64,000 nucleotides of DNA from Bacteroidia bacterium. GTDB taxonomy: Bacteria; Bacteroidota; Bacteroidia; UKL13-3. Shown here one piece after another: positions 21,592-30,866 of this stretch. Each line of letters starts with the position of its first letter. Position 1 is the first letter of the stretch. The stretch lies in assembly GCA_051861545.1 (NCBI GenBank), contig JBIMKP010000004.1:41647-105646 (forward strand), given 5' to 3'. The notes under the pieces are model-generated. The model searched no databases, was not told the DNA's origin, and worked only from the letters and a program-made list of their open reading frames with translations. The translations under genes were made by a program, and so were the position numbers.

Positions 21592-21604
21592 GCTTAAATT
21601 GCCG

Positions 21605-24025
21605 ATGTTGAAGCCTATTCAAATCATACAAAAATATTTTAACAAAAAGTCATTTAAAGCTTTTGCTTTTCAAGAAGAATCTTGGAATGCTTATTTTGAT
21701 GGAAAAAGCGGTTTAGTAAATGCACCAACAGGTAGTGGAAAAACATTTTCATTAGCACTTCCAATTTTAGCAGCGGGTTCAATTTCAAACAAAAAAGGAC
21801 TCAAAGCTATTTGGATTACACCCATTAGAGCCTTGAGTCAGGATTTAGAAAAAGCCATTAGTGAAGCGGCAATTGAAATGGATATTAACTGGGATATTGC
21901 TTTAAGAACAGGAGATACAGATTTAAAAGAACGAGCACGTCAAAAAAAGCAACATCCAGATTTTTTAATTACAACTCCCGAAAGCCTTCATATTATGTTG
22001 GCGTCAAAAGGTTATCATGAATTGTTTAAAAACTTAGAATGTGTTGTAATTGATGAATGGCATGAATTAATTGGAAGCAAAAGAGGTGTTCAAGTTGAAT
22101 TGGCTTTATCAAGGCTTCGTGGTTTAAATCAAAACTTAAAAACATGGGGCATTAGCGCAACAATTGGTAATTTAGAAGAAGCTGCAGATGTTTTATTAGG
22201 TATAAGTTTTCCTAATGATAAAAAGGTTTTAATAAAAGCAGGAATTGAAAAGAAAATTGAAGTAAAATCTATTATTCCAGATACAATTGAAGAATTACCT
22301 TGGGCGGGGCATTTAGGTATTAAAATGATTGATAAGGTTTTGCCATTGTTTGATTTAGCTAAAACAAGTTTAGTTTTTACAAACACCCGTTCTCAAACAG
22401 AAATTTGGTACCGACAACTTATAGAAAAAGATGCTGATTTAGCTGGATTATTAGCAATGCACCATGGTTCTTTAAGCGGTGAAATGCGCTCTTGGGTTGA
22501 ATCTGCATTACACCAAGGCTTTTTGAAAGCTGTAGTTTGTACCTCAAGTTTAGATTTAGGTGTAGATTTTCGTCCTGTTGAACAAGTTTTACAAATTGGA
22601 AGTCCGAAAGGAATCGCTCGTTTTTTACAAAGAGCTGGTAGGAGTGGACATCAACCTGATGCTGTATCAACCATATATTTCGTGCCAACCCATGCACTCG
22701 AATTAATGGAATCGAGTTGTATGCGCAAAGCAATTGAAGGGAAAATCATGGAAAACCGAGAGCCTTTCATTAGGGCTTTTGATGTGTTGATTCAATACTT
22801 AGTTACTTTAGCCGTTTCTGAAGGATTTAATCCAAATGAAATAAAAAAGGAAGTTTTAGATACTTTTTGCTTTTCAACGATGAATGATGAAGAGTGGGAC
22901 AAAGTTTTATCGTTTTTAATACATGGAGGAAAAAGTTTAGGTGCATACGATGAGTTTTCGAAACTAGAACTTGTGGGTGATGTATATAAAGTCACAAGTA
23001 GAAAACAAATAATGCGACACCGATTAAGTATTGGTACTATTGTTAGTGATCCTGTAATAAAAATAAAAACGATTAAAGGAAAATACCTAGGCAGTATAGA
23101 AGAATACTTTATTAGCAAATTAAAACCAGGAGAAGTTTTTTGGTTTGCTGGCAATTGTTTAGAGTTGATTCAGGTGAAAGAAATGACGGCCTTGGTTAGA
23201 AAGAGTGAAGAGAAAAAAGCACAAATTCCATCATGGGCTGGTGGAAGAATGCCATTATCAGGACAACTAAGCGGAATGTTAAGAAGAGAATTATCTGCAT
23301 TTGTAGATGGTTCTATAAAAATGGACGATGAATTTAGAAGTCTGATTCCTTTATTAAACAAGCAAAAAGAAACATCAATCATTCCTAAATCAAACCAACT
23401 TTTAATAGAGCAATATGAAAGTAAAGATGGTTTTCATGTTTTTATTTTTCCATTTGAAGGAAGATTGGTTCATGAAGGATTAGCAGGATTAATGAATTAC
23501 AGAATAGGGCAGTGGATGCCAATTTCGTTTTCAATTGCAATGAACGACTATGGCTTTGAAATGTTAAGCAACCAGGAGATTCCAATTGAAGAAGCATTGG
23601 CCAATAATGTATTTGGAACCGAAAACTTAAGCAATGATTTACTAAATAGTATGAATGGAATTGAAATGGCCAGAAGAAAATTTAGGGACATTGCAGGAAT
23701 TTCAGGCCTTGTATTTCAGGGCTTTCCGGGAAAACAGATACAAAGTAAACACTTACAAGCATCCTCTGGTCTGTTTTTTGATGTCTTTAAAGAAAATGAA
23801 CCTGATCATCTTTTGTTGCAACAAGCTTATGAGGAAGTATTATTGCAACAAATGGAAGAAAAGAGATTGAGATTAGCATTGGAAAGAATAGAAAATGCAG
23901 AAATTGTGATAATTAAATTAAGTGAACCATCGCCATTTTCATTTCCAATTATGGTTGATAGGTTAAGAGAAAAAATGAGTTCAGAAAGTTTAGAGGATAG
24001 AATTGCAAAAATGCAAAGAAAATAA
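21605..24025 (+). CDS. Lhr-type (ligase-associated DNA damage response-like) DExH-box helicase
   Basis: Walker A APTGSGKT; DExH box VIDEWH; motif VI QRAGRSGH; long C-terminal Lhr-like extension. In-frame ATG 21605 is preferred because 21578 lies inside the terminator stem. Confidence 0.85.
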   Translation: MLKPIQIIQKYFNKKSFKAFAFQEESWNAYFDGKSGLVNAPTGSGKTFSLALPILAAGSISNKKGLKAIWITPIRALSQDLEKAISEAAIEMDINWDIALRTGDTDLKERARQKKQHPDFLITTPESLHIMLASKGYHELFKNLECVVIDEWHELIGSKRGVQVELALSRLRGLNQNLKTWGISATIGNLEEAADVLLGISFPNDKKVLIKAGIEKKIEVKSIIPDTIEELPWAGHLGIKMIDKVLPLFDLAKTSLVFTNTRSQTEIWYRQLIEKDADLAGLLAMHHGSLSGEMRSWVESALHQGFLKAVVCTSSLDLGVDFRPVEQVLQIGSPKGIARFLQRAGRSGHQPDAVSTIYFVPTHALELMESSCMRKAIEGKIMENREPFIRAFDVLIQYLVTLAVSEGFNPNEIKKEVLDTFCFSTMNDEEWDKVLSFLIHGGKSLGAYDEFSKLELVGDVYKVTSRKQIMRHRLSIGTIVSDPVIKIKTIKGKYLGSIEEYFISKLKPGEVFWFAGNCLELIQVKEMTALVRKSEEKKAQIPSWAGGRMPLSGQLSGMLRRELSAFVDGSIKMDDEFRSLIPLLNKQKETSIIPKSNQLLIEQYESKDGFHVFIFPFEGRLVHEGLAGLMNYRIGQWMPISFSIAMNDYGFEMLSNQEIPIEEALANNVFGTENLSNDLLNSMNGIEMARRKFRDIAGISGLVFQGFPGKQIQSKHLQASSGLFFDVFKENEPDHLLLQQAYEEVLLQQMEEKRLRLALERIENAEIVIIKLSEPSPFSFPIMVDRLREKMSSESLEDRIAKMQRK

Positions 24026-24069
24026 GGCTGAATTTTATCAATATAGAAACCTAAAATTCGAATAATCAT

Positions 24070-24077
24070 TACATTTG
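24070..24077 (+). promoter_or_regulatory. Candidate Bacteroidota -7 promoter box (TAnnTTTG)
   Basis: tacatttg lies 37 nt upstream of ATG 24114. Confidence 0.35.
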
Positions 24078-24113
24078 CCAGAATTGAAGAAAATTAACTT
24101 AAATAAAAATAAC

Positions 24114-25496
24114 ATGAAAAAGCTGTTAGTAGCGCTGATGCTCATTTCGGGTATTCAAGTTTTTGCTCAAAAAAACAAAGTTGAATCTGCTGCACTTTAC
24201 CTTAGAAACGGTGAAGTAGAAGATGCTAAAAAAGCAATTGATCAAGCAATTGAACATCCTGACACAAAAGCAGACCCAAAAGCTTGGTTTTATTATACTT
24301 CTGTTTATGATACCATTTACAGAAATCCTGCTTATGCTAGTTTAGCCGGCACAGATTTAGTAGATAAATTTTTTAATGGCTGCATTAAATGTATTGAACT
24401 TGATGCTAAAGAAAGATATACCTACTACTGTAAAGAACAAGCTATTATAAACTCAGCTTTTATGTCGTATAACAAAGGTTATACTGCTTATGAAGAAAAG
24501 GATTTCAAAAATGCCATTAAGTATTACAAAATGACATTAGACGTACTTCCTTATGATAAAAATGGTGATTTGAAGAAAAATAATCTTTCTGAGAAAAACA
24601 TTTATTTATATATGGCTTATGCTGCTGTGCAAGCTGAAGACAAAGCTAGTGCAAAAGTATATCTTCAAAAATTAATGGATTTAAATTACGAAGACCATTT
24701 GATTCACATGCAAATGGTAAATATCTATTTAGAAGAAAAAGATACAGCAACAGCTCTTACATTTTTAGACAAAGCAAGAATTAAATTTCCAAATGAAAAG
24801 GATTTAATTAACCAAGAGTTAAACATTTACTTAGCTCAAGGTCGCCAAGATTTATTGTTAGAAAAATTGAATGCTGCTATTGAAATCAATAATGAAGACC
24901 AAACTTTAATTTATGTTAGAGGTAATGTTTACGACAATTTTGCTAATGATGCATTAAAAAAGTACAAACACGAAAGAGATACCGCTAGCACATTAAAAAA
25001 GAAAGCTCAAACTGAAAAGTCGGTAGACAAAAAAACGAAGTTTAACAATGCTGCAACTGCATTTATGAAGAGTGCAGAAGCCAACCAGAAAAAATCAAGT
25101 AATTATGCGGCTCAAGCAGAAATAGATTATTTAAAAGTAATAGAATTAAATCCTGATTTTATTGATGCTTATTTTAACTTAGGTGCAATGAGTAACAATA
25201 AGAGTACTGAAATTGTAGAAAAGATTAACAATATAACAGCTTCAACTCAAGTTGAATACGACAAAAAATACAAACCATTGAAGCAAAAACAAGATTCCAT
25301 TTTAAATACAGCATTAGGTTATTTTAGTCGTGCATTGGAAATTGCAGAAGCAAAAGCTGATGATACTCCTGCAAAGAAGAAAGAGAAAAATGCTTATTTA
25401 ACAGATATTTTGTATTCAATGCAACAGGTTTATGCCAATTTAGGAAACGAAAAGAAAACCGTTGAAATGAAAAAACGCCGCGAAGAACTCGAGTAG
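24114..25496 (+). CDS. TPR-repeat secreted protein
   Basis: Signal peptide MKKLLVALMLISGIQVFAQ. Repeated A..Y......P.....AY.N.G-type TPR helices along the protein. Confidence 0.7.
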   Translation: MKKLLVALMLISGIQVFAQKNKVESAALYLRNGEVEDAKKAIDQAIEHPDTKADPKAWFYYTSVYDTIYRNPAYASLAGTDLVDKFFNGCIKCIELDAKERYTYYCKEQAIINSAFMSYNKGYTAYEEKDFKNAIKYYKMTLDVLPYDKNGDLKKNNLSEKNIYLYMAYAAVQAEDKASAKVYLQKLMDLNYEDHLIHMQMVNIYLEEKDTATALTFLDKARIKFPNEKDLINQELNIYLAQGRQDLLLEKLNAAIEINNEDQTLIYVRGNVYDNFANDALKKYKHERDTASTLKKKAQTEKSVDKKTKFNNAATAFMKSAEANQKKSSNYAAQAEIDYLKVIELNPDFIDAYFNLGAMSNNKSTEIVEKINNITASTQVEYDKKYKPLKQKQDSILNTALGYFSRALEIAEAKADDTPAKKKEKNAYLTDILYSMQQVYANLGNEKKTVEMKKRREELE

Positions 25497-25499
25497 CAC

Positions 25500-25627
25500 C
25501 GCGATTTATCGCGGTGTACATTGCGATACATCGTAATGTATTTCGAAATGAAATCATCATCGCAATTTATCGCGGTGTACATTGCGATACATCGCAATGT
25601 ATTTCGAAATGAAATCATCATCGCAAT
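25500..25627. repeat. 61-bp tandem repeat, 2.1 copies, each unit built of stacked palindromes
   Basis: Unit 25500-25560 matches 25561-25621 with 2 mismatches, and a third copy starts at 25622. Each unit holds cgc(g/a)at-tt-atcgcg, tacattgcga-taca-tcg(t/c)aatgta and atttcgaaat. Confidence 0.9.
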
Positions 25628-25644
25628 AAATTCAGGATGAAAAT

Positions 25645-25690
25645 CACAAAAAAAACACCACGAAAAATTTTCGTGGTGTTTTTTTTTATT
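25645..25690. terminator. Bidirectional Rho-independent terminator between convergent genes
   Basis: A-run, then caccacgaaaa / ttttcgtggtg stem, then a long T-run. Confidence 0.7.
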
Positions 25691-25746
25691 AACAGCGATG
25701 AATCTATGCACCGCGATGAATCGCGGTGGTACAGGGGATTAATCAA

Positions 25747-26115
25747 TCAGCATTTTTCATTTGGGTTTGGATAATTATCCGATTGGTCTTCAAAAGTATT
25801 ATCAAGACAAACGAAATCCTTTTCCAATAAAAGAAACAATTTTGAACCATTTTGCAATGGAAATTCATACTGGAATCCAACAATGTCGGTTTCTGTCCAT
25901 TCTTTATAAATATGCACTGGTACTCCAAATGTCATAGTATCATCTTTAAAAAATGCACATAAATTGGGCTGATTTTGAACAACTTTCAAAACATAACAAA
26001 AAATTGAATTCCCAAAATCAGTAAACTCCTCAACATATTTTTCTTGTTTAAACTCTTCAACTTCCGATTTGCTCAATCTGTATCTAATGGAATTTCCTTT
26101 GATTCTAATTTTCAT
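25747..26115 (-). CDS. Hypothetical 122-aa cytoplasmic protein
   Basis: Clean ORF (MKIRIKGNSIRYRLSKSEVEEF...). No catalytic motif recognised. The alternative-frame ORF 25743..25928 is ignored. Confidence 0.5.
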   Translation of the reverse strand: MKIRIKGNSIRYRLSKSEVEEFKQEKYVEEFTDFGNSIFCYVLKVVQNQPNLCAFFKDDTMTFGVPVHIYKEWTETDIVGFQYEFPLQNGSKLFLLLEKDFVCLDNTFEDQSDNYPNPNEKC

Positions 26116-26312
26116 GGTATTCGTTTTATATCCTTCAAATATTCAAATATTTTTAGTTGCTTTCCTATCATATTAAAATTTGAGAGAAATTAGCTGTTTA
26201 AAGGCTTGATGTATTGTGGATAAAACATACATTTTTCTTAAAAAAATAGAATTCGTCTTTTTTATGTAATAATTTGGCAACCATTTTCGTAAATTGGTGT
26301 CTAATTAGTCAA

Positions 26313-27056
26313 ATGATGAAAACCAAACTTACCCTTTTCTTAGTTTTTAATACTTTCTTTCTAGCAAATATACTTGCTGAGGAGACGCCCGTAACTAGTC
26401 AATTAAAAGCACTTCCTACTAGATCACCTATTCAGGAAAAACCTAAATTAGTTCAAGTTGGAGTAAATGCCACCGACTTTGTTCGTCAATATTTGGTTTT
26501 TAACAGCAATAACCTAAATCTTACAACAAGTCCATACGATTTGAATATCAAACTATTTCAAAACAAATTAAATTTAGCTCCGAATACACGAATAGGGCTT
26601 AGAATGGGATTTGGGTACCTATTTGCAGAAAACAGTAATACGCAAAACAACTCATCAAGTAACTTTAAGACCAAAACAGAAGGATTAAACTACCGATTGG
26701 GATTTGAATTTCAACAAGATTTATCTAAACGATTTACAGTTTTTTACGGATTAGATTACAGAAGAGGAAAAAACAAAAATCTGACTGAAAATACATTTGA
26801 AAACAATGGAGTTAAAGAAACTAGTACTAATGAAAATTCAAATAAATCAAGAGGTGCCCAAATTGCATTTGGAGTTCAGTTTAAAATAACAAATTATTTA
26901 AACATCAATACAGAAGCATTATTTGGCTATGTTACAGGCGAATCAAGTACAAAATTTACCGGTAGTGCTTTTCCAAATGGAAGAGTAGATGCTGGAGGTT
27001 TTCGTAATTTTTTCTTTATTCCACCAGCTTTTATCAATTTAAATTTCATGTTTTAA
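26313..27056 (+). CDS. Hypothetical outer-membrane beta-barrel-like protein
   Basis: Signal peptide from MMKTKLTLFLVFNTFFLANILA; alternating beta-strand pattern; C-terminal ...NLNFMF ends in an aromatic residue, as in OMPs. Confidence 0.45.
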   Translation: MMKTKLTLFLVFNTFFLANILAEETPVTSQLKALPTRSPIQEKPKLVQVGVNATDFVRQYLVFNSNNLNLTTSPYDLNIKLFQNKLNLAPNTRIGLRMGFGYLFAENSNTQNNSSSNFKTKTEGLNYRLGFEFQQDLSKRFTVFYGLDYRRGKNKNLTENTFENNGVKETSTNENSNKSRGAQIAFGVQFKITNYLNINTEALFGYVTGESSTKFTGSAFPNGRVDAGGFRNFFFIPPAFINLNFMF

Positions 27057-27066
27057 TACCATCAAA

Positions 27067-28218
27067 ATGAAAAAAACAATTTACGTTTTAGCAGGATTTC
27101 TAATTTTTTTAGTAGCCTGTAAAAAGGTTACAAACAGCGAATCAACTTATTTAACTTCAGAAACACCTTTATTAGGTGAAACTGCCGCTGATTATTCTAT
27201 CAGAGGTAAAGAAAAACATCTACCATTTCAATTATCCCAAAACTCAGTTTATTCAAATGAAAAAGTTGAATTAGGAAGAGTTTTATTTTACGACAAAAAA
27301 CTATCTGTAAATCAAGCTATTTCATGTGCAAGTTGTCACAAACAAGAATTAGCTTTTTCTGATGGAGTTAAATCAAGCAGAGGTTTCGGAAATGAAGGTA
27401 CTCCTAGAAACTCAATGGCAATTGTAAACTCTGACTTTGGTAGGGGTTTGTTTTGGGATTTAAGAGAATTTAATGTCAAATCGATGGTAACCAAACCCGT
27501 TCAGGACCATATTGAAATGGGTTTTGATTCAATTACTCAAACATTAGAAAGACTTCAAAAATCATCTTACTACCCAGCATTATTTGAAAGAGCATTTGGT
27601 ACTAAAACTATTACTGTTGAAAACCTTTCAGAAGCTTTAGGTGGATTTGTTTCAAATTTAATTTCGTTTAAATCACCTTATGATTTTGCTGCAGAAAACA
27701 ATTTTGCAAGTTATACCTCTGAAGAAATTAGAGGTTGGGAGATTTTTAATGAAAAAAGATGCATTAGTTGTCATGGTTTTGATTTAAACAAAGGCTGGTC
27801 GACAGAAGTGGCAAATATTGGTTTAGATTTAGTTTACAAAGACAAAGGTGCTAAAAATCCATTTAATGGAGGAATTTTAGAGCCACCTTTTGATCCAAGA
27901 TTTAGTTCAGGTGAAGGTTTCTTTAAGGTTCCAACATTAAGAAATATAGCTTTAACCGGACCTTATATGCACGATGGTAGATTTGCAACTTTAGAAGAAG
28001 TGGTTGAACATTATAATTCAGGAATCAAAGATCATCCAAACTTGGATTGGGTTTTAAGAGATGAGAATTCATCTGATTTTTCAAAAGTTAAAGCTAAGAA
28101 AATGAACTTAAGTGCTTATGATAAAAAGGCATTAATTGCTTTCCTAAAAACATTAACCGACCAAAGTTTTATTCAAGACAAGAAATTTTCTAACCCTTTT
28201 GTAGCAAAAGCCAATTAG
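27067..28218 (+). CDS. Di-haem cytochrome c peroxidase / MauG-family lipoprotein
   Basis: Lipobox LVACKK; two CXXCH haem motifs (CASCH, CISCH); PTLRNIALTGPYMHDG is typical of bacterial CCP. Confidence 0.85.
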   Translation: MKKTIYVLAGFLIFLVACKKVTNSESTYLTSETPLLGETAADYSIRGKEKHLPFQLSQNSVYSNEKVELGRVLFYDKKLSVNQAISCASCHKQELAFSDGVKSSRGFGNEGTPRNSMAIVNSDFGRGLFWDLREFNVKSMVTKPVQDHIEMGFDSITQTLERLQKSSYYPALFERAFGTKTITVENLSEALGGFVSNLISFKSPYDFAAENNFASYTSEEIRGWEIFNEKRCISCHGFDLNKGWSTEVANIGLDLVYKDKGAKNPFNGGILEPPFDPRFSSGEGFFKVPTLRNIALTGPYMHDGRFATLEEVVEHYNSGIKDHPNLDWVLRDENSSDFSKVKAKKMNLSAYDKKALIAFLKTLTDQSFIQDKKFSNPFVAKAN

Positions 28219-28248
28219 AATTGCGACTTTTGAAAAAAGGCCAAATAA

Positions 28249-29478
28249 ATGAATCATTTTATTGATAACATAAAGAGAGCTAGCCTTTGGGCAAGCTCTC
28301 TTTTTTTATTTACACTAGTTGTATCTTGCAGCAAACCGCAAAAAGAATTTGTTTTAAAAGTGAAGTTAAATAAACTTCAAGGAGATCAAATTTTCGATAA
28401 AGATTTGGTTTATGACGTGGTTTTTGATGCAAATGAATTTGAATTAGATTCAACTCAAAAAATTGCTCGAGAAGTTTTTTTAAGAGGATTAGATGAATTC
28501 AAAAACAAGAAAAACACTCTTAAAGCCATCACTTTATTTAAAGAATCTCTCTTGTATTTCCCTGAAGCAAAAACTTATTATGAATTGGGAAGTGCATTAT
28601 TAGCATTTAGAACCAATTCTGAGTTCTTAGAGCAATCGAGAAACTGTTTTGAAATTGCTCAAATTTTATCTTTTAAACCCGAATATGCTATTCATTTAAA
28701 ATTAGCGAAAGTTGAAGTTTTTCTAGCGAAACTAAATAAAGAAGATAATTACAGATGGTGGGATGTAAATTCTGAATTTAGAAGAGCATTTAATACAGGC
28801 TATTTTGACACAACTGCTATTCAAAATGATCCTGATTTTGCAGAATATGTCAAATCACCTTCTTATAAAGAGCTCGTAATTAATGTTTTGACTCAAAATT
28901 CTTCAATAGGAGGAACTTACTCTAAATTTAATATTTTCAAAAACTCATTTACAAATTTTAACCCAGATTTTAAAATTTCAGACAATGAAGTTTCAATGGA
29001 AAACTACAAACAATCAATTAGTTATGAGTTTTCTGACTTCATTCCTGAGATGGAAAATGTAAGTTTTGGTAGGGAAGTATCAAACGATTTTTATTATGTA
29101 GCCAAGGTTGCTGAAACTGCCGATTATGTGGCTTTAGTTTATGCAACTTCAAGTTTTGGTGGAGATGGATATCAGCCAGTAGAAACCATTTTAGCGGTTT
29201 ACGATAATAATGGAAAGCAAATTTCAAGAAAATTGATTGCTTGTCAATGTAATGCTGAAAAAATAAAAACTTGTAGTTTTAGTTCAGGTAAATTAATTAT
29301 TGAAGAGAAAAAGAGGAATTGGGAAAAACCAATCAGTTCTTTCGGCATCGATGAAAATACTGTTGAATCTGTTGATTTAATAGCAAAAGCAGTATTTAGT
29401 TTTAAAAATAATGGGATGATTCAAGCAGAAGATGTACCTGCTAATTTTAATGATTCAGTAAGAATTGCAAAGAAATAA
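28249..29478 (+). CDS. Hypothetical lipoprotein with a TPR-like N-terminal region (paralog A)
   Basis: Lipobox LVVSCSK. AITLFKESLLYFPEAKTYYELGSALL parallels the next gene. Confidence 0.5.
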   Translation: MNHFIDNIKRASLWASSLFLFTLVVSCSKPQKEFVLKVKLNKLQGDQIFDKDLVYDVVFDANEFELDSTQKIAREVFLRGLDEFKNKKNTLKAITLFKESLLYFPEAKTYYELGSALLAFRTNSEFLEQSRNCFEIAQILSFKPEYAIHLKLAKVEVFLAKLNKEDNYRWWDVNSEFRRAFNTGYFDTTAIQNDPDFAEYVKSPSYKELVINVLTQNSSIGGTYSKFNIFKNSFTNFNPDFKISDNEVSMENYKQSISYEFSDFIPEMENVSFGREVSNDFYYVAKVAETADYVALVYATSSFGGDGYQPVETILAVYDNNGKQISRKLIACQCNAEKIKTCSFSSGKLIIEEKKRNWEKPISSFGIDENTVESVDLIAKAVFSFKNNGMIQAEDVPANFNDSVRIAKK

Positions 29479-29481
29479 AAC

Positions 29482-30654
29482 ATGAAAAAGCTATATTATT
29501 TAATTTTCGCAATAATCTTTATTGTTTCATGTAAATCTGAAATAGAAAAAGTAGAAGTTGAAGTTCCAGCAATAAGAGCATCTAAATTGTTTGATGCAGA
29601 TTCTGTTTATTCTTACATGATTCAAAATGGAGATAAATACCAACATCTTGCTCATTCCTATTTAAATAAAGCAAAAGAGGAGAAAGACCCAGAAAAAGCT
29701 GTTTGGTATTTTAAAAGAGCGATTAGTTTATACCCTCAGGTTGATTCTTATAGAGAATTGGGTGCTTTATGCTTAAAAAACAAAAATTACCAGGATGCTT
29801 ATGATTGCTACCGATTAATTACTCATGAAGCTTATTTAACAATTAAAGGTGATTACAATGGTGTTCATATTTTCGGGAAACCAAGTCAGGAAGATTTTGA
29901 GAACTATATTATAAGTGGTTATAATTCAACAACTTTTTATCAAGATTTAAGCGGATTAATCTATAACTCTTTGGAAAATGGAGCTGATAAAAAGCAACTT
30001 GAACAATTTGTATTTTCTAATTCTGGTATTGATTTTTTAACACAACCTAAACTAAAAAAACATATCGAATTGATTTTTTTGGAGGAAGAAGAGCTTCAAA
30101 AATATACTGAAAATATTGAAAACTTTAGAACATACATTGCTGATTTTAAGAATCTTGATGAACCTTATCTTTTAAACTTCGAAGACATACAAAAATTCGA
30201 ATACCAAGCATATCAACAAGAGGAGGGCTCTTCAGAAGTTGATTTGGGTTATTTAGAAAGTAATTTTCTGCCACAAAGAAAAGAAAACCCCAATAAGTAC
30301 TTGAAATACAATAAAGTTGCTAAATCGGTATTTCCAGATTCAACTATTTTAGCCATTTATAGTTTAGATAGTTCTGATTACGGAATAGAAAAACTAAAAC
30401 GTAATATTTCATTTTATGGAGTGGTATATTCAGCTACAGGACAAATAATTGATTATAAAAAGATTGCTTGGCAGGAAAACAAAACATCAGCTACTGTAAG
30501 CTATAGTAATTCTAGTTTTGAAATCTCTATTTACAATAGAATTTGGGAGAAAAAAGAAGAAGTATTATCGAGAGATAATGAATTAAAAAACATTGTATTT
30601 AGCAAAAAAGAAACTTTCGTTTTAGATAAAGGGAAGTTTATTCTGAAGCCTTAA
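29482..30654 (+). CDS. Hypothetical lipoprotein with a TPR-like N-terminal region (paralog B)
   Basis: Lipobox IFIVSCKS. AVWYFKRAISLYPQVDSYRELGALCL parallels paralog A. Length and C-terminal layout are similar. Confidence 0.5.
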   Translation: MKKLYYLIFAIIFIVSCKSEIEKVEVEVPAIRASKLFDADSVYSYMIQNGDKYQHLAHSYLNKAKEEKDPEKAVWYFKRAISLYPQVDSYRELGALCLKNKNYQDAYDCYRLITHEAYLTIKGDYNGVHIFGKPSQEDFENYIISGYNSTTFYQDLSGLIYNSLENGADKKQLEQFVFSNSGIDFLTQPKLKKHIELIFLEEEELQKYTENIENFRTYIADFKNLDEPYLLNFEDIQKFEYQAYQQEEGSSEVDLGYLESNFLPQRKENPNKYLKYNKVAKSVFPDSTILAIYSLDSSDYGIEKLKRNISFYGVVYSATGQIIDYKKIAWQENKTSATVSYSNSSFEISIYNRIWEKKEEVLSRDNELKNIVFSKKETFVLDKGKFILKP

Positions 30655-30708
30655 CGTATTGTATTTTAATACAATAAAAAGACTAATTTCAACCAAAAAT
30701 TTAAATAG

Positions 30709-30750
30709 GGCCTGCTGAAAATCTCTCATAATCTGAATTTTCATCAGGCC
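30709..30750 (+). terminator. Long hairpin, possible terminator after the paralog pair
   Basis: ggcctgctgaaaat ... attttcatcaggcc (14-bp stem, 1 mismatch) followed by T-rich sequence. Confidence 0.4.
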
Positions 30751-30866
30751 TTAAATGTTTTATTTCGATACAATATTCATTGCAACCAATTCTGTAATAT
30801 TGTGGACTTTTAACAAGATGATTTTAGGGATTTAGCTAATAATCAAAGTATAATATTAATATAAAA

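Noticed and set aside
22129-24069. Minus-strand and alternative-frame ORFs within the helicase gene
   Set aside because: All are antisense or out of frame to a gene with intact helicase motifs. None has a recognisable motif.
25324-25711. Minus-strand ORFs 25324..25560 and 25430..25711
   Set aside because: They run antisense through the end of the TPR gene, the 61-bp tandem repeat and the terminator. Their translations are repeat-derived (CIAMYTAIN occurs twice).
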